A DNA stretch of 64,000 nt from Candidatus Cloacimonadales bacterium (GTDB lineage Bacteria; Cloacimonadota; Cloacimonadia; Cloacimonadales; JAFGVF01). The stretch is from NCBI GenBank assembly GCA_963678315.1, contig OY782781.1:1536001-1600000 (forward strand). Reading direction: 5' to 3'. The notes beneath the pieces are model-generated. The model saw nothing but the letters and a program-made list of their open reading frames with translations. It made no database searches and was not told the origin of the DNA. Numbering within the stretch: the stretch's first letter is position 1; each line of letters starts with the position of its first letter. This document shows positions 27,201 to 37,400 of this stretch, one piece after another. Both the position numbers and the translations under genes were made by a program.

Positions 27201-28483
27201 TATAAAACACCATCGTTTAAACCAAATGGATTAGATGTACCATTAGAGATAACACTTGGGTCAAATGAATCAGCATAATATTCTGAGAATTCAAAGTCAT
27301 CATTATAGTCTGACATTATTTCTTTAACATATTTGTTAGTAATAATACATGATTGACCTGATGGTGATGTGTCACCAATTAAAAGTGCTCTATTAAAGTG
27401 TGTAGAATCAACTATTGTAGATTGCTTTTCAAAAATTACAGTCTTAGCAACTACAGTTGTTAACTGAGTTAAATTCTCTACAGAAAGTCTTCCAACAAAA
27501 ATATCTTCTAATTCATCATTACCTTCTAATTGAGCATAATAGTGATCTCCACCGCCACTGTAGCTTGTAGATAATTGATATACAGGAATAGAAGCTGAAC
27601 CAGATCCATCACCTACGAAAGTAACGTATGCAGGTGGATTTTCCCATGTATCATAAGCGTTTTGAATATAAGCTTTAATTGCTGATGTTGAAGAACCAGC
27701 TTCTGATGTGCTAGCAGTGTAAACTGTCCAACCTAGTTGTCTTCTCCAAGTGAAAAGGTTTTCTAGAACAGGACTACCATCAAAACTGCTATGATAAATA
27801 TAAAGAATTGTAGGGTTTTGGTAATCATCTCTAGTTGATTCTTGAGTGAAGTTTAAGATTGAACCAGCAAATAGTTCATCGAATTCTTTTGTTGGTTTAA
27901 TATTAGTATTTGTAACTTCATTTACACCAGGAGTGTTAACATCGAAGTTAACGGTAATGTTTGCTTTTTTAATAACTTGAAGTGTCTTTTGTGAGTCGTT
28001 ATATCTGAAAGGATTAAAGTTAATACTTACAACTCTTTTGTTTCTGATTACAGCAGGTTCACTGATAGCTGCAATTCTTGAAGGGTAAAAAACGTTTTTA
28101 GTATAAACACTTCTGTCAAAGGTAAGAGCTTGTTCTCTGTTTTCTCTGAATGGCTTAATGTGGATGTTTTTAATAGTTTCTTCTTCTAATACTTCAATCT
28201 CTAGTGTGGCTGTTCCATGATTAGGAATTTCGAGCATTGAAGAGTAAAATGGTAGTTCAGGTGATCCTACGTCGATTGTTACAGTTGGGACTTGAGTGCT
28301 AATGTAGTCTAATTTTGTAGCACCAATCATTTCTTGTTTAATTTCGAAGTCAGGGTTTTCAAATAAAATGTTTAGATCGGAGCGTGTTTGGTTTTCAACG
28401 TGGAATTGACCAAAAACGCTAATAGGAGCTAGCACAAGAACCATGCAAGCAATAACAAAAAAAAGGTTTTTTTTCTGATTCAT
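24287..28483 (-). CDS. C25 gingipain-family cysteine peptidase-like secreted protein with C-terminal FlgD-Ig/T9SS-type sorting domain
   Basis: Propeptide GSPELP, FVGD, DHYY, VGRLS, NYRG, TCSTG, NLMGD; SQNIPNPFNPSTSI...SGIYFY tail. Confidence 0.9.
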   Translation of the reverse strand: MNQKKNLFFVIACMVLVLAPISVFGQFHVENQTRSDLNILFENPDFEIKQEMIGATKLDYISTQVPTVTIDVGSPELPFYSSMLEIPNHGTATLEIEVLEEETIKNIHIKPFRENREQALTFDRSVYTKNVFYPSRIAAISEPAVIRNKRVVSINFNPFRYNDSQKTLQVIKKANITVNFDVNTPGVNEVTNTNIKPTKEFDELFAGSILNFTQESTRDDYQNPTILYIYHSSFDGSPVLENLFTWRRQLGWTVYTASTSEAGSSTSAIKAYIQNAYDTWENPPAYVTFVGDGSGSASIPVYQLSTSYSGGGDHYYAQLEGNDELEDIFVGRLSVENLTQLTTVVAKTVIFEKQSTIVDSTHFNRALLIGDTSPSGQSCIITNKYVKEIMSDYNDDFEFSEYYADSFDPSVISNGTSNPFGLNDGVLYFNYRGWIGMEGFGESQINALTNANMPAITVILTCSTGTFYSGTSNTEALLRAGTSANQTGGVCSVGLATSGTHTTFNNCLNGGIFGHIFSEGGWTMGGAVNRGKNYLWQAYHISKPERVQFFSTICNLMGDSSLRVWKEYPNNYQATVIENVPAGANQYSVMADEYGVPFEDAWVTLNIGENYYTGYMNSMGQIFFDIPADATGAGKLTISKEGYFVKQFDVMFGQDAANLNIEDVTIYHNDTEVDFVTPGETYEIDVTAINNGSSDLVNISASLTSFVNGIIVDTPIVDLEDIAATQTGSTTSRFEITIPNTTFDETVPMTVELSTNSESWKRQFNLDMHCPAVQSNELSVANSNFAPGASSDITITLENIGTGDFANGTAVLSSPDSRVTINTDSAVLGALAIGATADVSFNITASNEFLPGNMIPLTVTVNDGDYETFCGMNVQVGIANETDPYGTDAYGYVIYDSYDTEYDECPVYEWIELDPSEGGTGTEVELNDNGANQEKVETVDLPFTFKFYGIEYDQISICSNGWLSFGETEQSTFRNWRIPGPLGASPMVAPFWDDLKQTSGTHTWISHNQGEHYFVVQWENWQNMYSSSALETFQVILYDPDFYGSATGDAPIKIQYKEINNVDATGGNSHGEYATVGIEDHTGTIGLEYTYNNQYPDACHPLEDEFALYITTRIGQLPPFIISELNDVTFEEDHDYTGIDLYSVFKDPNNDELTFTLSESENITLEVDEEGIATLIPAENWNGTEAITVSAQDPYNDTVISESMLVTVTPVNDRPRLLHKFPETSDFVAESNTVAFGVDVEDIDSELTYQWKIDNEVVDGEVSDTLDYVFTESAEYTVKCLASDGSFTVSATWHVEVTTDNEVEYALVNSLSQNIPNPFNPSTSISFSLKNNSRVSMIVYNVKGQKVKTLVSDRLDKGNHTVVWNGNDDNNQKVSSGIYFYRLITDEFQSTRKAIMLK

Positions 28484-28702
28484 ATAATACCTCTATTCTT
28501 CTTTTGTGTATATAAATCTGTGAAGTAAGAAATTAATCTTAATTCTGGGTTTCATGTAACACATTTACTACTTGTAATATTCGTTCCAAAACTTATATTT
28601 TCTTTGATAAAAGTTGTAAACAATGTTTATAGCTTTTAAGCCTATTTATTGGAATTAGTAAACGATATAGTCAATTAAATTGTTCTGTAAAAAGAATAAT
28701 AA

Positions 28703-29725
28703 TTATTGTTGATAGAGGAATTTATAGACTGCTGAAGTGTTGTTTTTAATTAATTGAATAAGAAGATTGTTATCAGGAAAATAGAGAGGACTTCCATCTG
28801 GGGTAATTGGTCCAACTTCTAAAGTGAAAACAAAAGTTCCGTGTTCACGATACAACCAATCTCTCAAATAACCATACTGCGAAGTGTAACCAGTGTAAAC
28901 TTCATACTTTTCCATACTATAAAGTCCGGGTAAATTGTTAACTAAATCCTTAGCTAAAGAGACAATCTTATCCCAGTCCTTAGATTTCTCTTCTACCCAA
29001 TTATAAGGAATGAAAACTAATTCGTTATAAGCGCCATTATAAGATGTATGATAGCTAAAGGCGTAATCGAAAGTTATTCTATTACAAAGAGATATAACTG
29101 ATTGAGTTTCATCTTCTGAAGCAGCTCCAGAGCCTTTGTAATAAGGGTTATCTGGATCATTTAAATCAGCAATTTCCCAGTTAGAAGGATAGTTTTTGTT
29201 CAAATCAACCCCGTCATACTCCAATTCAAATAGGCCATTTTCATTAGAATCAGTGTTGTTTTTTCTTTTCAGAGGATAGACACCATTGTTTACAATTTGA
29301 AAAGCTTCCGGATTTACTGTAGGCACAATCACAAAGTAGTACTTTTCTTTTAACTCTTTATACTCAGAAGAACTAGTAAGATCTTCTATGAATTTGATAG
29401 CGATTTCGACTCCTACAGGCTCTTCACCATGATGTTGTCCAATAATTAGAACTTTCTTGATGTCCTCAGCTATTTTTCTTTTTTCAAATGGCAAGTTGCT
29501 TGTATCTGCAAAAGAATGAATGTGCATGGCATAAATTGGTAATTTGTTATTTGTAGAATAACCAATTATCTCTAATTTGCTGTTAGATAGGTCTCTCGAA
29601 TGCAATTCTAACATTTCATCATCTAAATTATCCCAGCTATGGTAAGCTGTATCTAGAGGGTATTGATTAATCCCTTGTAGTAAAGAAAAAGAAAATATTA
29701 CAGCAAGCAGAAGAAGCTTATACAT
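28703..29725 (-). CDS. M14 zinc carboxypeptidase
   Basis: HHGEE, RKN, GVDLNKNY, SYHT, FTLEVG. Confidence 0.88.
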   Translation of the reverse strand: MYKLLLLAVIFSFSLLQGINQYPLDTAYHSWDNLDDEMLELHSRDLSNSKLEIIGYSTNNKLPIYAMHIHSFADTSNLPFEKRKIAEDIKKVLIIGQHHGEEPVGVEIAIKFIEDLTSSSEYKELKEKYYFVIVPTVNPEAFQIVNNGVYPLKRKNNTDSNENGLFELEYDGVDLNKNYPSNWEIADLNDPDNPYYKGSGAASEDETQSVISLCNRITFDYAFSYHTSYNGAYNELVFIPYNWVEEKSKDWDKIVSLAKDLVNNLPGLYSMEKYEVYTGYTSQYGYLRDWLYREHGTFVFTLEVGPITPDGSPLYFPDNNLLIQLIKNNTSAVYKFLYQQ

Positions 29726-29729
29726 TAAG

Positions 29730-30488
29730 TTATCTGAAGATAGATTTTGCTTTGAATAATTCTGTATTATCATCTTTTCTTATTATTGAATGAGTGAATT
29801 CTTTAGCTGATAATTTACATGTTTCAATCTTTAGTTTATCTCCAAATCGTGCTTCCTTGATAAAATTAGAGTTAATTTCTACAAGGGGTGTATATTGATC
29901 TAAATAATCTGCGATAGAGTCAATCAACATATCTAAATATACAATATTGTTCATGTGCCCATTGATATCTATATCTGTGAATCTAACTTGTTTCTCAAAA
30001 GAATTCACAAGGTCATTTTCTTGAATAAGAACTTTATCTATTTTGTTGTTATAGAAATCATTATTGATTTTAGTCACTTCAGGAAGTCGTATCTTTGACA
30101 TAGGTATAATTCTTCTTTTTTCAAGGTTAATGATTACCCATTCTGTTTTTACTTTTACAAGCTCATTTTCTTTTTCATCAACGACTAAGAAATTTCTAAA
30201 AGCTGTAATTTTTGTAACATAAGAACACCATGTGTATACTTTAAACTTCTCTAAAGCATTAGGTAAACGAGTAATATTTATTAATTGTTTAGTAAGAACC
30301 CAAGCCCCATTTTGTGATTTTAAATCATCAAATCCTATTCCAAGAATTTCAGAATGCTTTGAAGCTAATTCTTGTAAGTATTTAAATATATCGGAGATTT
30401 TCATTGTTCTAAAATAACTAGTATTATAAGTTTCAACTTCATAGTTTCTTTCAAGAACTCCGGAACTATTCTTTAGCAAATCTAGCAT
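29730..30488 (-). CDS. Acyl-ACP thioesterase
   Basis: LQELASKH, WVLTK, DIDINGHMNNIVY. Confidence 0.88.
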   Translation of the reverse strand: MLDLLKNSSGVLERNYEVETYNTSYFRTMKISDIFKYLQELASKHSEILGIGFDDLKSQNGAWVLTKQLINITRLPNALEKFKVYTWCSYVTKITAFRNFLVVDEKENELVKVKTEWVIINLEKRRIIPMSKIRLPEVTKINNDFYNNKIDKVLIQENDLVNSFEKQVRFTDIDINGHMNNIVYLDMLIDSIADYLDQYTPLVEINSNFIKEARFGDKLKIETCKLSAKEFTHSIIRKDDNTELFKAKSIFR

Positions 30489-31615
30489 TATTCCACCATC
30501 CAATCAATTAGTAATTGTTCCCAATAACTTGCATTTAAGTGTTTTAAACTAGTTAAGGAAATTCCAATTAATCTTACTTTTCTTTCAGTATTATAACTGT
30601 CAATCAAAAGTCTTCTCGCCTCCTTTTCAATCTTTCCTTTTTCATTAACAAATTCTCTCAAACTCACTGATCTTGTTAAAGTCTCAAAATTGCTGTATCT
30701 TAGTTTCAGAGTAATCGTTTTTATTTTAATGTTTTCTAGAATTATCTTAGAATGGAGTTTATTTACAATCTTTTCTAAATGTTTAAAAAGACTTGCTAAA
30801 TCACCAATATCATTATGGAAGGTAGATTCTTTACCTATGGATTTTCTGGTATGGGATGTGGCTACTTCTCTATTATCAATCCCTCTTACAAGATAGTAAT
30901 ATTGGAATCCGATTTTCCCAAAAGTATCCATTAACCAAGTAAGTTCTTTCTTTAGTAGATCTTTTCCAGTGAATATACCATGGTTTTTCATATTATTAGC
31001 AGTAGATTTTCCGATTCCATGGAATTTCTTTATGGGAAGATTAGAAAGAACTTCAATTGCTTTATCAGGCGTTATGACACATAATCCATCTGGTTTATTC
31101 ATATCTGAACCTATCTTAGCAAGAAACTTATTGTAAGAAACTCCTGCTGAGGCTGTTAGTCTGACTTCCTGTTTGATTCTTTCCCGTATCTTTTGGGCAA
31201 TTCTTGTAGCAGAAGGAATATCAAATTTATTCTCTGTTACATCTAAATATGCCTCATCTAAAGAAACAGGCTGTACTTTATCGGTGAATTCTCTGAAAAT
31301 ATTGAAGATTTGTTCCGTGGCTTCTTTGTAAGCTTCATATCTACCTCTCACAAATATTCCATGTGGACATAATTTATGGGCTGTTGTTGCTGGCATTGCT
31401 GAATGAATTCCATATTTTCTCGCTTCATAAGAACAAGTTGAAACAACTCCCCGTTCACCCACAGAACCTCCTACAATTACAGGTTTACCCCGTAATTCTG
31501 GAAAGTCTCTTTGCTCTATTGAGGCAAAGTAAGCATCCATATCAACATGGATTATTTTCCTAATTTTCTTCTCAATTTTTAGTGAATTCTCATTGTACAA
31601 AGTTCCAGTCTCCAT
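30488..31615 (-). CDS. dinB: DNA polymerase IV
   Basis: HVDMDAYFAS, SYEARKYG, SLDEAYLD, KFLAKIGSDMNKPDG. Confidence 0.95.
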   Translation of the reverse strand: METGTLYNENSLKIEKKIRKIIHVDMDAYFASIEQRDFPELRGKPVIVGGSVGERGVVSTCSYEARKYGIHSAMPATTAHKLCPHGIFVRGRYEAYKEATEQIFNIFREFTDKVQPVSLDEAYLDVTENKFDIPSATRIAQKIRERIKQEVRLTASAGVSYNKFLAKIGSDMNKPDGLCVITPDKAIEVLSNLPIKKFHGIGKSTANNMKNHGIFTGKDLLKKELTWLMDTFGKIGFQYYYLVRGIDNREVATSHTRKSIGKESTFHNDIGDLASLFKHLEKIVNKLHSKIILENIKIKTITLKLRYSNFETLTRSVSLREFVNEKGKIEKEARRLLIDSYNTERKVRLIGISLTSLKHLNASYWEQLLIDWMVE

Positions 31616-31994
31616 TTATTAAATTAACTAATACTTAATTTAGTAAAGATTAGTTACAAGTCAATTAATATTTTTTAATATGTAACTCCTCTTTCACAAG
31701 GTCTCTACATAACCGTAATAAGTTCACTCTTACTGGTCTCCTTGAAAAATCGGCTTTTTTTCAATGGGGCAAGTAAGGCAGAAGTGGAGAGTTAGGAATA
31801 ATGGAGTGTAAGCATCCACCGATAGTTTGAAGAAACTTCATGCTTACGCTAAGATGTTGTATTGTCCTGTAAAGACATATCACAACAAAGCCCATGATTT
31901 CAATCGAGGGTAATATGAGGGGAATTGAAAATGATAATTAGCATGTAGTATTTGTTGAATGAATGTTATATGTATTAAACAAAATAATAATAGA

Positions 31995-32153
31995 TATGAG
32001 CGCATGTTCATATAAAAACTTCAGGAACAAGTAAGAAAGTATTAAAAATGTATAATATATAAATTATTATAAAACATTGATAAAATATAATATAGAGATA
32101 ATAGAAAATAAGAAAATAAAAAATATAAGAAAAATATTTGCATATGAACATAA
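31995..32153. promoter_or_regulatory. Two related palindromic operator-like sites upstream of DUF5320-NifX genes
   Basis: atatgagcgcatgttcatat (~31995-32014) and tttgcatatgaacataa (~32137-32153). Confidence 0.5.
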
Positions 32154-32196
32154 GTTAGATATATTTAATAAATAAAAAAATAAAAGGAGAATAATT

Positions 32197-32349
32197 ATGC
32201 CTAATGGTGACAGAACAGGTCCTCAAGGAAAAGGACCAAGAACAGGACGTGGATTAGGAAAATCAGTTGGAAACAAAAGTGGAAGAGACAGTAATAAGCC
32301 CGGTCGTGGCTCAGGAATGGGATTAAGAAGAAACGATAAATCTAAATAA
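32197..32349 (+). CDS. DUF5320-family Gly/Arg-rich small protein (absent from ORF track)
   Basis: AAGGAG RBS; MPNGDRTGPQGKGPRTGRGLG... Confidence 0.85.
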   Translation: MPNGDRTGPQGKGPRTGRGLGKSVGNKSGRDSNKPGRGSGMGLRRNDKSK

Positions 32350-32427
32350 GCTTGAAAAGAGTGGGTGTCTACGGATGCTCACTCAACAAATATCTATTTG
32401 GATTAAAGTATTATAATAAGAGGAAAA

Positions 32428-32823
32428 ATGGATAAATTATTGTTTGCATTTGCTAGTAATGATGGAGTTAATTTTAATAAAGAACATTTCGGCGACTCGG
32501 ATTATTACTATATTTATAAGATAGGTCAAAACAGTTGTGAATATATTAAGAAGATTGCAAACACAACTACTGATATTGAAGAAGAAGTTCATGCAGATCC
32601 TAAGAAAGCAGGTGGAGTATCATCTATGTTAAAGAAAGAGAATATTGATGTTGTTGTGTCAGCTGTTTTTGGTCCAAATATTAAACGAATCAAAAAGAAA
32701 TTTGTATGTATAATTATTAGGAATAGAGTTTTAGATGATAGTATAGAAGTTATAAAAGACAACTATTCTAAAATTATTGGTGAGATGGGTAAAGACCAAG
32801 CTAGATCTCATCTAATGCTATAG
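32428..32823 (+). CDS. NifB/NifX-family FeMo-cofactor-binding-like protein
   Basis: HFGDSDYYYIY, IDVVVSAVFGPN. Confidence 0.8.
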   Translation: MDKLLFAFASNDGVNFNKEHFGDSDYYYIYKIGQNSCEYIKKIANTTTDIEEEVHADPKKAGGVSSMLKKENIDVVVSAVFGPNIKRIKKKFVCIIIRNRVLDDSIEVIKDNYSKIIGEMGKDQARSHLML

Positions 32824-33011
32824 ATTTTTATTAAACCCAGATCATGCATTAGGTTTGACGAAAATATTGCAGATTATTTCAGCAAAATAGCTTACTGAAT
32901 CGAAGCTCGAATAATATATATTCTAGTTGAGATTATGGAAGTTATTATTGCCAAATAATATAGTGCTATTTTTCAAGTCCTAGTGTATTATTTGGGTTAA
33001 AGAGGATATAA

Positions 33012-34379
33012 ATGACAAAATATAATATACTTGTAATTGGGGGTGGACCTGCAGGGGTAACACTTGCCAAAATGTTAGGAAAGAAAGAGAAAGTTGCAGT
33101 AATTAGACCTGAAGACTTTAGTATGATATATTGTGCAATGCCTTACGCAGTTGAAGGTTTAATGGAACTTGAAAAGACTTTTAAGAAAGATGAAATAGTC
33201 ACAGATGCGGGTGCTGACTTAATTCGTTCAAAGGCAATCCATGTTGATTTCGATAACAAGATAGTCACTTTAGAGAGCAAGGATATAGTTGAATATGATA
33301 AACTAATTATTGCAACTGGAGCTCAGCCTTTTATTCCTCCTATCAAAGGTGCTGATTTAAAAGGAGTAAGTGGCTTTAAAACAGAAAAAGATATGAGGTT
33401 TGTAATTGAAAGCTCTCAATATGGGATTAAGAGTGCCTTAGTTGTGGGGGCAGGTGCTATTGGAATTGAACTAGCTTTGTCGCTTAGAAAATTGGGACTC
33501 AATGTGGAGTTAGTGGATATGGCTTCTTCATTATTGCCAAATCTAGTAGACCCAGAAATGTCTGAGCCGATTTACGAAGAGATAGTCAGGACTGGTATTC
33601 ATGTGCATTTGAATGCTAGAGTTGACGAATTAGTTGGTAAAGAATATGTTCAACAGGTTAAGCTTAGTAATGGCAAAGTTATTCATTTTGATACATTTGA
33701 GGACTGTAATGTAACTAATGTTGAACAGTATAGAGGACTCGTTGTCTTTGCTACTGGAATGAAACCGGTAGTAGAGCTTTTCCAAAATACTGGCTTAGAG
33801 ATTGGTAGAGACGGAATAATCATAGATAACAAAATGCAAAGCAATATCGAAGATGTCTATGCAGTAGGAGATTGTGCTCAATTCCATAGTGGGATAACAA
33901 ATGAAATTTTATCTGGAAAACTGGCAACCAATGCTGTACCAATGGCAAAAGTTCTAGGTTTTAATTTGTTAGGTCAAGATAGAACATATAAAGGTTTCTA
34001 TAATGGAGCAGCTACAAAAGTTGGAGACTATTATGTTGGTGGAACAGGACTATCTGAAGCTCATGCTGAAAAATCAGGATTCAAGGTTGCTGTTACATAT
34101 AGTGAGGTGACGACTAAATTCCCAATAATGCCAACAGCAAAGAAAGTTTCTATGAAATTAATCTTTGATAAAGTTACAAAAAGAGTTTTAGGAGGACAGG
34201 TGGTTAGTCAAGAACCTGTCACAGATAAAATAGATATTTTAACCTTAGCTATTCAAAATAACTTTGTTTTAGAACAACTGACAGAATTGAGTTATTCATC
34301 ACAGCCATATCAAAGTTATTATCCTGCAGCAAATCTAATTGTCCTAGCTGCTGAGGATGCCTTAAAGAAAATTAGTTAA
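33012..34379 (+). CDS. FAD-dependent pyridine nucleotide-disulfide oxidoreductase (NADH oxidase/CoA-disulfide reductase-like)
   Basis: GGGPAG, YCAMPY, IATGA, GAGAIG, YAVGDC. Confidence 0.9.
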   Translation: MTKYNILVIGGGPAGVTLAKMLGKKEKVAVIRPEDFSMIYCAMPYAVEGLMELEKTFKKDEIVTDAGADLIRSKAIHVDFDNKIVTLESKDIVEYDKLIIATGAQPFIPPIKGADLKGVSGFKTEKDMRFVIESSQYGIKSALVVGAGAIGIELALSLRKLGLNVELVDMASSLLPNLVDPEMSEPIYEEIVRTGIHVHLNARVDELVGKEYVQQVKLSNGKVIHFDTFEDCNVTNVEQYRGLVVFATGMKPVVELFQNTGLEIGRDGIIIDNKMQSNIEDVYAVGDCAQFHSGITNEILSGKLATNAVPMAKVLGFNLLGQDRTYKGFYNGAATKVGDYYVGGTGLSEAHAEKSGFKVAVTYSEVTTKFPIMPTAKKVSMKLIFDKVTKRVLGGQVVSQEPVTDKIDILTLAIQNNFVLEQLTELSYSSQPYQSYYPAANLIVLAAEDALKKIS

Positions 34380-34403
34380 GTTTTTCCCCCAGATCTAATA
34401 CCT

Positions 34404-34434
34404 AAGAGGTTGTGGAATCAATCTACAACCTCTT
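34404..34434. terminator. Hairpin between convergent genes
   Basis: aagaggttgtgg...ctacaacctctt. Confidence 0.55.
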
Positions 34435-34467
34435 GTTTAATAAATAGTTGAATATCTTTTTTCTCCC

Positions 34468-37400
34468 TTACAAAGGATTAGATTCATTTAAAAGTTGTTC
34501 TTTAATGATTCTATTGACTTCTTGCATAGATAAAGGCTTTGCAAGAAAATCAACCATGCCAATGTCTAAACAATTCTTCTTATCCTTCTCTGAAGCATTA
34601 GCGGTTAGGGCAACAATAGGAGGATTCTTTCTATTCATCTTTGCAATAATCATCTTACTAGCAGATAAACCATCAAGAACAGGCATCTGTAAGTCCATTA
34701 AGATTAAATCAAATTGCATATTCAAAGCTTTTTCAACAGCTTCATTGCCATTGATTGCAATATCAATTCTTGCATTTGGGAGTACTTTTTTTATGACTTT
34801 GCCTATCAGCTTACGGTTAAGCTTATTATCATCTACAACTAATATACAATGTTCAGATTGACTCAATGTCTTGTATGAACTTTTAGAATTAGACTCGTTG
34901 GAGAGCTTAATACTGTTTATCTCATCGTTATCATCTTGACCACTTCTAATAGTGCTAATGAGCTTTCTCGGTTTAATTGGCTTCCTAAATAGATGGATTT
35001 TATAGTCTTTAAAGTCTGATAGTAATTGAGATTCATTGTGTGATGAATATAGTAAAATAATCTTTGTTCTAGGATAATTATCATTGATAAGTGTTATAAT
35101 TGAGCTAATTTTTTTTATACAGTCAGGTTCATGAACAATGTAATCAAGAAGAACAACATCAGGTTTCTGTTTTTTGAGAATATTAATAATATCATAGTTT
35201 TCTTGATATTCAATAACACTATGATTTGCCCGTTTTATATACTTCTCACAATATTTATGTGTTTCATAATATTTAGATAAAATCAAAATCTTTAACTGTT
35301 TTGCAGGATCTAGTTTATCTTCTATAAAATCCTTGTAGTTTACAGGAATATCAAAGCTAAAAGTAGAACCTTTATCTACTTGGCTAGTGAAAGATATGGA
35401 ACCACCCATTTGTTCAATTAAACTTTTTGATATTATTAAACCTAAACCTGTGCCACCATAATTTCTAGTAATTGTGTTATCTGCTTGAGAAAAGGCTTTG
35501 AAAAGTCTGTTTGTATTAGTCGCATCAATGCCTATTCCGGTATCTATTACTTTGAAAGTAAGTTTTCCATGAGAGGAATCAATTTTCTGGAAATTAACAT
35601 CTAATTTAACAGAGCCCTTTTTAGTGAACTTAAAAGCATTAGACAATAGATTAGTAAGAATTTGTTGAAGTCTTAAAGAATCAATCTCGACAGTATCAGG
35701 TATAATTTCATTGTAATCAAGGTAGAAATCCAAGTTTCTCTTAGAGGCAGTTAGCTGGAAATTATCAAGTATTTGTTCAAGAAAATCAAGCAAATGCTCA
35801 TCTTGATAATATAAGCTAAACTTACCCGATTCAATTTTAGAGAAATCGAGAATGTCGTTAACAATCTGTAATAAATCTTTTGCTGATCGGTTTGCGAAGC
35901 TAATATATTGACGTTGATTAGTGTCAAGTTTAGTATCTAAGACAATGTCAGTAAAACCAATCATACTATTAATCGGAGTTCTGATTTCATGACTCATATT
36001 GGCGATAAATTCAGACTTAGATTTGTTGGCTTCATAAGATGTCCTAGCATATTCTTGAGCAATTTTAGTCTTCTTTGTAAGTTGTTGGTTAACCTTAATT
36101 AACTGGTTCTCGGCAATCAGTTTTGAAGTAATATTAATGTATATTGGAGCAAAAGTTTCTAGCATGTTTATTTCTTTACTAGTTATAGTTTTTTTTACAT
36201 CAAAGAAGCTTGCACCAATAAAGCCTGACGGAGTGTTATTTCTAAATATTGGTACTACAACTAAGCTTTTAACTGGTCGACCTTGTAATTTATCTAATAA
36301 TGATTTTGGGGCTTCATTTATAAAGTCAGAAAAAATAATCGTTTCACCATTTCGCAATGCATTAACAATGGACTCATTTTTGGATAGTCCTATTGAACTA
36401 AGGGTATTAGCTAAATGACTATATTTCTTGGAGTACCAATCGTAATTAGTTTGAGAAAGGTGGTTTTCAAAATCGTAAGCATAAATATAAACTCTATCAG
36501 CTTGCATGACCTTGCCAATTTTCCCTAACACTGAATTGAACTTATTATCAACATCTTTAGAATTAATGTCTATCAAGTCTGTTGTGAAATCTCTGATTAA
36601 TCTATTAAAATCAATTACATTGTGAAGTTCTTTATTTATTTGAACTTGATCTGTTAAATCAGTAAAAGTAGTTAAAAGATATTTTTGTTTGTTCAATTCA
36701 AAGACTCGAGAATAAAGCTTGCCCTGACAAATATTCCCTTGTTTTGTGTAAATAGAAACAGGAACTTCAGAGCTAATAGATGAGGAAGTGATAAGTTTTT
36801 TTATATCGGTAAATATTTCTAAATCACTGATTAACCCAAGTTCATAAAAATTATTACCTATTACCTCTTCTTCAGTGTAACCTAATGTTTTAGTGAAATT
36901 ATGATTTATATCTAAATATGCCAAAGTATCAAAATCACATAGTGCGATAGGATTTGGAACATTATTTATCATATATTTAAATTTTAAATCACTCTCATCT
37001 TTAGCACCAGAGAGATGCTTAACTCTTCTTCTCCAGAAGAATACAACAAATATAATAGTTAAAAATAGAAGAATTACGACAAGAGCAATGATGACAAAAT
37101 CTTGAATGTTTAAGCCGTATTGAAAATCGATACCAATCCAATTATTGAGTATTTCTTGCTTATTTTGTTCAGTAGTAGCAGATAGTGATTTATTTATTAT
37201 AGATGCAATTTCAGGCCAATCTTTTCTTACAGCAATTCTTTGATTCTTACAATTAAAAGGTGTAGGACCTAAAATCTTAAACCCAGAAAGATTAAGTTTA
37301 TTGATAATGTGAGTGCCAACAACCAAATCGCCTACATAAGCGTCAACTTGTCCTGATTTAACGTGTAGAAAGCATTGTTCAACAGCATTTTCATGTTCAA

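Noticed and set aside
31620..31660. SOS box upstream of dinB (aactaat...attagtt)
   Set aside because: Short AT-rich inverted repeat with no lineage consensus I can support
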